Shown piece after piece: positions 48,905 through 58,493 of a DNA stretch of 64,000 bases (the first letter of the stretch is position 1; each line of letters opens with the position of its first letter). A program made the translations under genes and the position numbers. Source of the DNA: Candidatus Alectryobacillus sp. (GTDB lineage: Bacteria > Bacillota_I > Bacilli_A > RFN20 > CAG-826); the NCBI GenBank assembly GCA_036735985.1, contig DAINNH010000002.1, positions 1,095 through 65,094 on the forward strand, read 5' to 3'. The notes beneath the pieces are model-generated. The model was not told the DNA's origin. It saw only the letters and a program-made list of their open reading frames with translations, and ran no database searches.

Positions 48905-50266
48905 CTATTTATTATCCTTTTCATCATTTTTATGGAATAAGCCTTTACGTTTCTTATCGAATTCTTTGCGATTAAGCATTTTAGTGGCATACATCGTTTC
49001 GTAATTGTTACGACGCTCGGTAATAGTTTCCATTTGAAGATCGATATAAGTTGTTGAGCTCGCTGAAACATATTCATCTTTAGCTTTACCTTTATAGAAG
49101 GCACAAACCACACCACTAACAATAAGAGGAAAGTGGAAAGTGATAGTACGCCAAATAATTTGTAAAGAGTTAGCTAAGCCAATAACAGAATAGCCCTGAT
49201 TGGCACTAAAAGCTGGGCTAAATAGTGTATAGAAGATATACTCCGCAATACCAGCACTTCCTGGAATCGGAATAAGTTCAACCACTAATTTTTGGAAGCC
49301 ACCATAAACAATTGTATCGATAATTGAATAGGAATAGGCTCCCGCCACTTCTTTAGCCCCTAAAATAGCATGACCAATATAGAAAGGAACCATAAACTTA
49401 AAGGTAAAAGAAGCAATATGCAAAACAAGAATAACTAATAAAAATATAGGATTTGTAAACAAATTCTTTAATTCAAGTTTAAAAGATTCAACTTGAACTC
49501 CTAATTTGCGACGCTTATCTTCTGGATTCTTTATGATATGCATTTTCGCTAAAATATTAATACCATGATTTAAAATAAAATTATGAAAATGTTTACTATA
49601 AGACATTAAGAAAGTTAAACCAATTACGCTAACATCAAGAATAAAACCTAAGATTGTTAATAACCAAATAGGAATAGTAAGGAAAGTAGCACCATTAATT
49701 TCAATATTAATAGGATCCATCGCCATTAAGTTATTAAATTTCATACATAAGGCAAAAATACCATAGATAATTAATACAAATTGATAAACAATAAAGTTCA
49801 TTACTAAACAAGAAGTAGCATTTGAAATGCTAATTCCTTGTTTCTTAAAGGTATAAGCTTGCATGATTTGACCACCGGATTGACCAGGGGTTACATCATT
49901 ATAAAAAATACCAACCAAACCATTAGCTACCGCTTGATGATAATAATATTTTTTACGATATCTTCTCGCAAATAAATAAAGAATAACACAATCAATTAAA
50001 AATGATCCAGCAAAACAGGAAATACCATATATCAAATTAATTGGGTCAATTTTACTAAATATTTCAATAGTTTGATCGAAGTTATCTCTTAATGAAAAAT
50101 ACAAGACAACTGCAGTAATAATTAAAATAATACCAATATATATTGGATATTTATTTGTTTTCTTTTTCTTTTTATCATCGTTATCGTTTTTATTCTCAAT
50201 AACGGGATCAATATTCATTGAAGGATCGTTAATATCCTTTTCTTCTGGTTTATTTATATCGCTCAT
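48905..50266 (-). CDS. UPF0104 / LPG-synthase-TM-like polytopic membrane protein (putative glycolipid flippase)
   Basis: Lys-rich N-terminus, about 8 transmembrane helices, and the conserved GxxxxDxxPGQxGG-like segment (NDVTPGQSGGQ). Confidence 0.6.
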   Translation of the reverse strand: MSDINKPEEKDINDPSMNIDPVIENKNDNDDKKKKKTNKYPIYIGIILIITAVVLYFSLRDNFDQTIEIFSKIDPINLIYGISCFAGSFLIDCVILYLFARRYRKKYYYHQAVANGLVGIFYNDVTPGQSGGQIMQAYTFKKQGISISNATSCLVMNFIVYQFVLIIYGIFALCMKFNNLMAMDPINIEINGATFLTIPIWLLTILGFILDVSVIGLTFLMSYSKHFHNFILNHGINILAKMHIIKNPEDKRRKLGVQVESFKLELKNLFTNPIFLLVILVLHIASFTFKFMVPFYIGHAILGAKEVAGAYSYSIIDTIVYGGFQKLVVELIPIPGSAGIAEYIFYTLFSPAFSANQGYSVIGLANSLQIIWRTITFHFPLIVSGVVCAFYKGKAKDEYVSASSTTYIDLQMETITERRNNYETMYATKMLNRKEFDKKRKGLFHKNDEKDNK

Positions 50267-50365
50267 GCAAGTATTTTAACACAACTTAAGTATTATAAAA
50301 AATAGAGATTATTTTTCTTTAAATTTTTTTAAAATTTTTGTTTCTCATACTAGCAAAACGACTCA

Positions 50366-50388
50366 CATACATATATTATATATGTATG
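50366..50388. promoter_or_regulatory. Perfect 23-bp palindrome CATACATATAT-T-ATATATGTATG overlapping the -10 and start region of the ABC exporter operon
   Basis: Seen in the sequence. Candidate repressor operator. Confidence 0.45.
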
Positions 50389-52188
50389 CGCAATCATAAG
50401 TACTTGCATGTGTTAAACACCATGCTTAAAGGCAGTTATAAATTTTATATCTTAACGCTACTACTTCTTATCTGTAGTACTTTTTTTGCTGTACTGTCTT
50501 CTTTTATTTCAAAAATATTAATCGATGTCATTCAATATCAAACTTATGATGTGTTTATTTCAAAAGTATTTGATCCTTTAACTTTATGGTTAACTGGAGT
50601 AATGGGTGGTTTTGATTTTCTTAAAGCCCATTTATGGATATTTTCAATAGTTGTTGTTACTATTGCTTTAGCTATAGCGTTTTTCTCAATCGCTCGTCAA
50701 ATAGCCCGTACAAAAGTTATCACAAATGTGGCTGCTCGTCTTCAAAGTATTATGTTTGACCACGTCGAGCGTTTACCATATCGTTTTATAAAAACGATGC
50801 GAAACGGCGATATTATTCAAACTTGTACTAAAGATCAAGACACTGTTCGCCGATTCATTATTGGCGATATGATGACGGTCTTTTATACGTTCGACATGTT
50901 AATTTTTGCTTTTTCCATCCTATTAACTATTTCTTGGAAAATAGCTTTAGTTAGCATTGTTATTCTCCCAGCCTTATTCATTTATTCTTTCTTTATTATT
51001 AAACCAGTTCGCAAGCGCTATCGTTTAACTGATGATAGCGAAGCTGCTATGACTGCTAAAATTGAAGAGAATTTATCTGCTGTTCGTATTGTTAAAGCTT
51101 TTAATAACGAAAACTATGAAACTGAGCAATTCAATAAATATGTTAATGATTATAAGAAAAAATTTATAAATTGGCGAAAATTATCGAGTTTCTTCTTCTC
51201 TAGTAGCGATATTTTAGTCTTTGGGCAAATTGCTGCTTCCACTCTTTATGGAATGTTTCTTTGCATGAGTGGCGAAATCAGTGTGTCAACAATTGTTATT
51301 TCAACAACTTATGTCTCAATGATTGTCTGGCCATTTAGAGATGTGGCGACAACTTTATCTAATCTCGCTAGCGTTTTAGCAGCCTTAGATCGAATTAATA
51401 TTTTATTAGAGCAACCTCAAGAAGACTTAACAAGTGGCATCAAACCCCTTATTAAAGGTGGGATTGAATTTGTTAATGTTGGTTTTAAATTCCCAGATGA
51501 TACTAAAGAAACTTTGAAAAACATTAATTTTAGTATTAAACCCGGCGAAACCGTCGCTATCGTTGGTAAAACCGGAAGCGGCAAATCAACTCTCGCCTAT
51601 TTATTAACACGTTTATATGATGTAACATGTGGTGAAATTTTAATTGATGGAACACCAATTAATGAAATTCAACGTCAATATCTCCGCCAACATATTGCCA
51701 TGATTTTACAAGAACCATTCTTATTCTCAAAATCCATTATTTCAAATATTAATATTTCAAAAGATATTAATGATCCTAATAAAATATTCGATGCGGCCAA
51801 AATTGCCCACATCGATGACTCTATTCGCCAATTTAAAGAAGGTTATAATACCCAAGTTGGAGAAAAAGGTGTCACTTTATCTGGTGGCCAAAAGCAAAGA
51901 GTAGCAATTGCCCGTGGCATCGCTCGAAATGCTCCAATTTTAATTATGGATGACTCTTTAAGTGCTGTTGACACTGAAACAGATATTGAAATTCGTTCCG
52001 CTTTAAAGAAACGTATGGAAAATACAACTTGTTTAATTATTACACATCGTGTTGCTACGGCCAAAGATGCTGATAAAATTATCGTCTTAGAGAATAACAC
52101 TGTCTCTCAAATTGGAACTTATGATCAACTTATTCATGAAGAAGGTCTTTTTAAGAGAATCAATGATATTCAAACCAAGATGCAATAA
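50386..52188 (+). CDS. ABC exporter, fused permease-ATPase (heterodimer subunit 1)
   Basis: Six transmembrane helices, then Walker A GKTGSGKST and signature LSGGQKQR. The start is ambiguous among 50338, 50386 and 50422. Confidence 0.85.
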   Translation: MRNHKYLHVLNTMLKGSYKFYILTLLLLICSTFFAVLSSFISKILIDVIQYQTYDVFISKVFDPLTLWLTGVMGGFDFLKAHLWIFSIVVVTIALAIAFFSIARQIARTKVITNVAARLQSIMFDHVERLPYRFIKTMRNGDIIQTCTKDQDTVRRFIIGDMMTVFYTFDMLIFAFSILLTISWKIALVSIVILPALFIYSFFIIKPVRKRYRLTDDSEAAMTAKIEENLSAVRIVKAFNNENYETEQFNKYVNDYKKKFINWRKLSSFFFSSSDILVFGQIAASTLYGMFLCMSGEISVSTIVISTTYVSMIVWPFRDVATTLSNLASVLAALDRINILLEQPQEDLTSGIKPLIKGGIEFVNVGFKFPDDTKETLKNINFSIKPGETVAIVGKTGSGKSTLAYLLTRLYDVTCGEILIDGTPINEIQRQYLRQHIAMILQEPFLFSKSIISNINISKDINDPNKIFDAAKIAHIDDSIRQFKEGYNTQVGEKGVTLSGGQKQRVAIARGIARNAPILIMDDSLSAVDTETDIEIRSALKKRMENTTCLIITHRVATAKDADKIIVLENNTVSQIGTYDQLIHEEGLFKRINDIQTKMQ

Positions 52189-52199
52189 AGGAGGAAACT

Positions 52200-54140
52200 A
52201 TGGATTTAACTGAAGAAAAAGATGACGTAAATAAAAAGTTTTCTCTTAAAGTTTGGGGAAGCGTTTTAAAATACACTTTACAAAAGTGGCCTCTTTTAAT
52301 TGTTCTTTTTATAACCTTATTAATCACCACTTTCTATGATAATAGCTTTACTCCTTTAATGAATAAAGCGGCGATTGATACCTTAAGTGGAAATTTCTTA
52401 GGTAAAGACTTTTTAGACATTACCTTTGGTATTACCATATTCGGAATTAACTTCCCTAGTGTCAATTACATAGGATTTGCAGCGATAATTGGTGTTGGAA
52501 TTCTCATTCGTTCATTTGCTATTTTCTTTACTTTCTTTATTACTAACCTTCTTGAGATGCAAGTTTTAGTCTCTTTAAGACGTGATAGCTTTAATAAAGT
52601 TCAACAATTATCCTTCTCTTATTTTGATAAAACACCAAGTGGTTGGTTAATTTCAAGAATGCAAAACGATGCCTCGACTATTTCTGAAATGCTTTCGTGG
52701 GGTGTTATACGTGTCTTATGGATTACATTTGATACTGCTTTTACTCTTGTTACAATGTTTACAATTGATTGGCGTTTATCTTTATTAATATTATCCTTAT
52801 CACCTGTCTTAATTGTTATTGTTACATACTTTAATCGTATTATCTTAGTCCGTCATCGTACTGCCCGTAATGCCTATTCAAACTATGTTAGATGGCTTGC
52901 TGAATGTATTAGTGGCATACAAACTATTAAAACTTTAGCCATTGAAGACGTTGTTAATAATGAAGCTAGCGAAGTTATTAAAGATGTTAAAGATAAACGT
53001 TATAAAGCTATTTTACCTAATGCTTATTATTCGTCTTGTTTTAATGTTCTTTCATCCATCACGACTGCTTTAATAATCTATGTAGGAGCTTATGTTATTG
53101 GAACCGATCCTGCTAAAGAGGGTGCTATTTCAATTGCTACTCTTGTTCTCTTTATTGGTTTTGTTGGAAGCATTTATAATCCTTTAGCAGAATTTTCTGA
53201 ATTATTTGCTGAATTTGTTTCAACTCAAGCTTCAATTGAAAAATTAATGTCCTTAATTAATACAAAACCAACACTAGTCGATACTCCTGAAGTTATTGAA
53301 AAATATGGTGATGTTTTTAATAATAAAAAAGAAAATTTTGAAGTCATGAATGGGGACATCTATTTCAACCACGTCAGCTTCTCCTATATTGAAGGCACAG
53401 AAGTTTTACATGACTTGGATCTTCATATTGCAAAAGGCACAAGCGTAGCAATTGTTGGCGAAACCGGAAGCGGTAAATCAACAACAGTTTCACTCCTTTG
53501 TCGTTTTTATCAACCAAGTAAAGGTGAAATCGATATCGATGGCATAAATTACTTGTCACGAAGTGTTGGCTGGCTTAGAAGCAATATTGGTTTAGTTCAA
53601 CAAACTCCATTTATTTTCTCAACATCGATTTATGATAATGTTCGTTATGGCAAATTAAATGCCACTAACGAAGAAATCATTAAGGCCTGTAAAATAGTTG
53701 GTGTTCATGACTTTATTATGACCTTAAAGCATGGTTATGATACAGTTTTAGAAGAACAAGGCGCCGAATTATCAGTGGGTCAAAAACAATTAATAAGTTT
53801 TGCCCGAGCCCTTATTCGTGATCCAAAAATAATGATTTTGGATGAAGCTACTTCAAGTATCGATACTGAAACCGAACATCAAATTCAAACAGCGATTAAT
53901 AAAGTTTTAGCCGGACGTACTTCACTAATCATTGCTCACCGTCTCTCCACCATTGTTAATTCGGATCGTATTTTAGTTATGAAAGATGGCTTAGTAATTG
54001 AAGATGGCAATCATGTCTCTTTAATGGCCAAAAAAGGCTATTACTACGAACTTTATATGAATCAATTTAAGGAGTTAAATCTTGAATCCCAAATTGATAC
54101 TTATAAAAATCAAATCGAAGATATGGGAATTAAGCTATAA
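52200..54140 (+). CDS. ABC exporter, fused permease-ATPase (heterodimer subunit 2)
   Basis: Six transmembrane helices, then Walker A GETGSGKST and degenerate signature LSVGQKQ. GGAGGA ribosome-binding site. Confidence 0.85.
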   Translation: MDLTEEKDDVNKKFSLKVWGSVLKYTLQKWPLLIVLFITLLITTFYDNSFTPLMNKAAIDTLSGNFLGKDFLDITFGITIFGINFPSVNYIGFAAIIGVGILIRSFAIFFTFFITNLLEMQVLVSLRRDSFNKVQQLSFSYFDKTPSGWLISRMQNDASTISEMLSWGVIRVLWITFDTAFTLVTMFTIDWRLSLLILSLSPVLIVIVTYFNRIILVRHRTARNAYSNYVRWLAECISGIQTIKTLAIEDVVNNEASEVIKDVKDKRYKAILPNAYYSSCFNVLSSITTALIIYVGAYVIGTDPAKEGAISIATLVLFIGFVGSIYNPLAEFSELFAEFVSTQASIEKLMSLINTKPTLVDTPEVIEKYGDVFNNKKENFEVMNGDIYFNHVSFSYIEGTEVLHDLDLHIAKGTSVAIVGETGSGKSTTVSLLCRFYQPSKGEIDIDGINYLSRSVGWLRSNIGLVQQTPFIFSTSIYDNVRYGKLNATNEEIIKACKIVGVHDFIMTLKHGYDTVLEEQGAELSVGQKQLISFARALIRDPKIMILDEATSSIDTETEHQIQTAINKVLAGRTSLIIAHRLSTIVNSDRILVMKDGLVIEDGNHVSLMAKKGYYYELYMNQFKELNLESQIDTYKNQIEDMGIKL

Positions 54141-54185
54141 TATTAGATATGGAAAGATTATCTTAAATCTTTTAAAGGCGTTCAT

Positions 54186-54986
54186 ATGATTGTTGATGCA
54201 CATACACATATTGGTTATTGGAGATCTCTAGAAAAGACTAAAGATTGTCTTTTATCTTTAATGCACACTCATGATGTAAATTATGCCATTACGAGCATTG
54301 ATGCGAGTGAATTTAAGTCACTCGGTAAAGAATTTGCTCCAAAGACTTTGCGTTTGAATCAAATCGAATTAAATACTAAAACTTTAGAGTTTGCCAAGCA
54401 AAATCCATGCATTTTCCCACTTATTTGGATAAAACCTAATCGCGAATATCGTGAAAAATCCATTAAAACTTTAGATGAATTTATCTCAATAAATCGCGAT
54501 CATATTTACGGCTTAAAGGTTCATCCTTGGTGCTCTCGTATTAGAATGAATGATAGACGTTTGTTACCATTTTTAGCTTTGGCTCGTAAATATAATTTAC
54601 CTATCTTAGTTCATACTGCTAAAGATAAATATGCTGACATTAAATATCTTAAAGAGGTAGCTCTTGCTAATCCTGATTTAACCTTTATTGCTGCCCATTT
54701 ACAACTTTTATCCGATCATTCAGAAGGTGTTGAAACTTTAAAGAATGTTCCTAATATTTATGGCGATACCGCCTGGGTTGATATTAGTGTTGTTCAACAA
54801 TTAATAAAATTGGGCTTAGAAGATAAAATTATGTTTGGAACGGATTGTCCAATCGATAAAGATCGTACTTATGATGAAGACATTTATCAAAACTACTTCA
54901 AAAATAAAAAGAAAATCAAACGAAGTATTATGGATAAAGTAATGTATAAAAACGCTATACGAATATATAAGTTGCCAATTAAATAA
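54186..54986 (+). CDS. Amidohydrolase-family (TIM-barrel metal-dependent hydrolase) protein
   Basis: N-terminal DAHTHIG metal-binding motif; 266 aa. Confidence 0.6.
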   Translation: MIVDAHTHIGYWRSLEKTKDCLLSLMHTHDVNYAITSIDASEFKSLGKEFAPKTLRLNQIELNTKTLEFAKQNPCIFPLIWIKPNREYREKSIKTLDEFISINRDHIYGLKVHPWCSRIRMNDRRLLPFLALARKYNLPILVHTAKDKYADIKYLKEVALANPDLTFIAAHLQLLSDHSEGVETLKNVPNIYGDTAWVDISVVQQLIKLGLEDKIMFGTDCPIDKDRTYDEDIYQNYFKNKKKIKRSIMDKVMYKNAIRIYKLPIK

Positions 54987-54990
54987 AAAT

Positions 54991-55021
54991 AACGAATAAC
55001 TTCAAAGTTATTCGTTTTTTA
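54991..55021 (+). terminator. Terminator (AACGAATAAC-loop-GTTATTCGTT plus T6) for the plus-strand operon
   Basis: 10-bp stem and T-run. Confidence 0.75.
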
Positions 55022-55030
55022 TACATATAA

Positions 55031-55060
55031 GAAAAACCCTCGAAATTTCTTTCGGGGGTT
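55031..55060 (-). terminator. Terminator (AACCCCCGAAA-GAAA-TTTCGAGGGTT plus T-run) for the minus-strand large lipoprotein gene
   Basis: 11-bp stem with one G-U pair. Confidence 0.7.
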
Positions 55061-55082
55061 TAAAATTAAACCGATTTAAGAA

Positions 55083-58000
55083 TTAGGCAACAAGTGTAAG
55101 ATTTAAGCTCTTCAACATAATTTGATCAGTGCCTGTATTTGTAGTTGTTGTAACAAATTTAACAAATTTAGCAGTGGTCGAAGTTAATGTATAAGAAACA
55201 TCGGCATATGAAGTTGTTAAAGTATTAATAACACCATCATCAGTCCATGTAGATCCATCTTCTGAAACTTGAACTTTTAATGTAGCTTTAACTTTAGTTT
55301 TTGCATTAATTACAAGTGAAGCAATCGCTTTTTCAGTAGCAACCTTTGTAAATAAAGAACAACCATCAACGCTACCTTCAGGTATATAGAGTCTTATTTC
55401 AGATGAAGTTGTATTATAAGCAGGAGCACTGGCAGCGCCACCCTTATCTGTACCAAAATCACTATTACTAACAACAGCTAAAGCGGCAAAATCAAATGAT
55501 AATTTTCCATAAACTGCAGCACTTGAACTAACAAATGTAGCAGCAACAGTTAATCCACCAAAAACCATTTTAACAGTAGCGACATTTTCAACAACAGTCG
55601 AAGCAACATCAGTACCATTGACTTTTAATGTTTCGAGTTTATAACCTTCAGCAGGAGCAACTGTTAACTTAACATCAGCACCGATTATAGCGGTAGCGAC
55701 ATCAGCGGTAACAGAACCATTTGTTGAAGCTTCAATCGTAACATTGTAAGAATTTGTGTTAGCGGTAACAATTGGATCAACACTAGGATTGACAAAAACA
55801 GCAGTTGTACCAGCTTTACCATATAAGTAACCTTTAACATGGATTAAATCGCCAACATTAGCATTGCTAAGATAAGTATAAGCAACACTGTTTAATCTTA
55901 ATTGATTAGTTGTGCCTTCCATACCAACAAAATTAGTATTTCCATTCTTTGAAGCGATATAACCATCGAATTCAACTTCGACAGGCATTGCAGCAGGAGT
56001 AGCAACATAACCATCTAATAAAGTAGCAGTAAGAGCAACTTTTGTTAAACTAGAGGCATCAATTGGAGCAACTGTTTTTACAATGGCAGTTGGAACAAAT
56101 TCTAATGCACTGCTATATTCACCAGTAATAGTAGCACTAAGTTTAATAATATCACCTACACTATAAAGCGTATGGATGTTTTTCTGATAGACCCAAGCAT
56201 AAGCAGTTCCATCAGTAACAAATAAATTGTTATAACCTAACGAGACGACTTTGACAAGGTAATCAGAAGATGTAGTACTTGCAGCGGTAACACTAGATAA
56301 CTTTACAAAAGCTTCGCTTGAAGCAAAGGTAGCAGTGACTTTTAAGCCATCAGCGACCATAGAAACAACAAGAGTATTACCAACTAAATTAGCAAGAACA
56401 TCAACATCATTGACTGTTAAAGCAGTTAAATAATAACCAGCATCAGCAGCAATTGTAAGTGTAATCTTTGTATCAATAACACCTTTTAAGACATCAGCAC
56501 TAACACTACCATTAGTAACGGCATTAATTGTGACATCATATTCTGTTGGTGGAATGTATTTAGAAATAAAGTAAGCTGAGAAATTGCCATATTTAGCAGT
56601 ATAGAAACCACCAATAGTAATCTTATCGCCAACAGCAATATTTAATGTACCAAATGACTTATCGTTTGAATAACTCCACTTTTCATTAACATATGATAAG
56701 CTGGAATTTGTAGCAGTTAAGCCATAAATCTTTAATGTCTTAGCCTCATCACCTTCAACATTAACGACCATTGAACCAGTCTTTGTAACTGAACCGTCTT
56801 TTTCAGTACCGATTGATTTAACAATGACATCAGTAAGTTTGCTTAAGACACCATCAGCATTAACAACTGTTTCGATAGTTGAATCAACTATAGCAGGTAA
56901 ATCAACAATTGTAACTGTATAAGCAGCGGAGACAACTTTAGTATCTTGTGTAGATGTCGCAACAACACCAACTGTGCCAGCCTTTAAGCCGGTAACAAGA
57001 CCTGAAGCAGAAACTGTAGCAACTGTATTATCAGCACCTTCAGCTAAAGCATATGTGGCTCCAGCAAGAGCGCCTTCATTAACAGAAACACTTAATTGAG
57101 CCTTAGAACCAACACCAATTGACTTAATGGCATCAGTAATAGTAATAGAAGTAATAGCCTTAACTTCTTTCCAAGTTAAGTTTGAAATAAGAACAGAACC
57201 GCCACCTGTACTTGGGATATCAACAATGAAACCTTCAAGTGTGATAGGTAAACCATTCTTAGAAGCTTCAATTCCCCACTTTGTGGCATCATAGCCAGAG
57301 GCGAATTGACCAGTATACTTTGTTGAACCATCAACAGTGAAGTTATCGTAAGTACCACTTCTAACGTATGTACCTTCGATCTTAACCCATTTAATAGCAG
57401 TATTTGTATAGCCAGATGGTTGAGCATTCCAAGCAGTAGCGCTCATTTCGGTTGGAGCAGTTAAACTTGGAGTAATTGTTTCGGTTGATTTTGCAATAGC
57501 AAAGTTTGTTGAAACAATTTGACCGACATTACGATATGCACCAATATTACCTTCAACGGTAACTGTATCACCAATAGCATATCCTTTTGGTAAAGAGACA
57601 TAGACAAGAACGGCACCAGTGCCATCATCCACAATAAATGAAGCAGTACTAGCACCTAAAACTTTACCAGTAATTGTTGCAAAAACAGCGGTTTCTGGAG
57701 CGGCAGTATAAGCACGGATTTCAGCACATGTTTTCTTTACAGGTTTAACATCAGCGACTGACATAGAAACAGTATCACTGACATCGCCACTCTTAACAGT
57801 AATGGTGACATCACCAGCACCGACAAAGTGAACGAATTTACCAATAATTGTAGCAACTTCTGTATTGTTTGATTCAGCAGTCCAAGCAACGCCAGCAGGG
57901 TTAGTAGTTACAGAAAGCTTAATATCAGCAGTTCTATTTCCAACTTTAGCAAAATCGGCTTTATTATCAATTGTAATCGATGTTGCCACTGGGGCTACAC

Positions 58001-58166
58001 TAGTCTCACTAGTAGTAGGTTGTTCAGATGTTGTAGTTTCTTGAGTTGTGGTTTTGTCTTCAGTTGTTGGTGAAGAACTTGTTTTTGTTTCGCCACAAGA
58101 TGTCAAAGAAATTGATGCGAGCGCTGCTAAAAGCGCAGGTAAAAGAAATAATTTTCTCTTAGACAT
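55083..58166 (-). CDS. Large surface lipoprotein with bacterial Ig-like (Big_2) domains and an internal repeat
   Basis: Lipobox LTSCGE, a Thr/Ser-rich linker, and two Big_2-like segments (SITIDNK..., SITITDAIKSIG...). There are two copies of a repeat of about 75 aa (aa 550-624 and 814-888). Confidence 0.7.
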   Translation of the reverse strand: MSKRKLFLLPALLAALASISLTSCGETKTSSSPTTEDKTTTQETTTSEQPTTSETSVAPVATSITIDNKADFAKVGNRTADIKLSVTTNPAGVAWTAESNNTEVATIIGKFVHFVGAGDVTITVKSGDVSDTVSMSVADVKPVKKTCAEIRAYTAAPETAVFATITGKVLGASTASFIVDDGTGAVLVYVSLPKGYAIGDTVTVEGNIGAYRNVGQIVSTNFAIAKSTETITPSLTAPTEMSATAWNAQPSGYTNTAIKWVKIEGTYVRSGTYDNFTVDGSTKYTGQFASGYDATKWGIEASKNGLPITLEGFIVDIPSTGGGSVLISNLTWKEVKAITSITITDAIKSIGVGSKAQLSVSVNEGALAGATYALAEGADNTVATVSASGLVTGLKAGTVGVVATSTQDTKVVSAAYTVTIVDLPAIVDSTIETVVNADGVLSKLTDVIVKSIGTEKDGSVTKTGSMVVNVEGDEAKTLKIYGLTATNSSLSYVNEKWSYSNDKSFGTLNIAVGDKITIGGFYTAKYGNFSAYFISKYIPPTEYDVTINAVTNGSVSADVLKGVIDTKITLTIAADAGYYLTALTVNDVDVLANLVGNTLVVSMVADGLKVTATFASSEAFVKLSSVTAASTTSSDYLVKVVSLGYNNLFVTDGTAYAWVYQKNIHTLYSVGDIIKLSATITGEYSSALEFVPTAIVKTVAPIDASSLTKVALTATLLDGYVATPAAMPVEVEFDGYIASKNGNTNFVGMEGTTNQLRLNSVAYTYLSNANVGDLIHVKGYLYGKAGTTAVFVNPSVDPIVTANTNSYNVTIEASTNGSVTADVATAIIGADVKLTVAPAEGYKLETLKVNGTDVASTVVENVATVKMVFGGLTVAATFVSSSAAVYGKLSFDFAALAVVSNSDFGTDKGGAASAPAYNTTSSEIRLYIPEGSVDGCSLFTKVATEKAIASLVINAKTKVKATLKVQVSEDGSTWTDDGVINTLTTSYADVSYTLTSTTAKFVKFVTTTTNTGTDQIMLKSLNLTLVA

Positions 58167-58493
58167 ATTAGAATTATTTTCCTCCATGTATTTTCATACA
58201 CAAATATTATATATTTAAATCTATTATTTATAAAGTCAAAAATTTAAAACGTTACATCGACTATTAATTTTTAAATTAACAACATAATAATCACATTATC
58301 GCCTGTTCATAATATTCTTTAATAATTAAGATAATTTTTTGAATCAACTTTAAAAATAGCTTTTTCCCCCATACAATAAATCTAGCTAAATTTGAAATAT
58401 ATCTTTCTATTAATTTTGTAACTGTTAATAACGGTTTAAAAATTTGAAAATTAAAATATCGATATTTTTAAGAATATTCCAAAATAATGGCTT

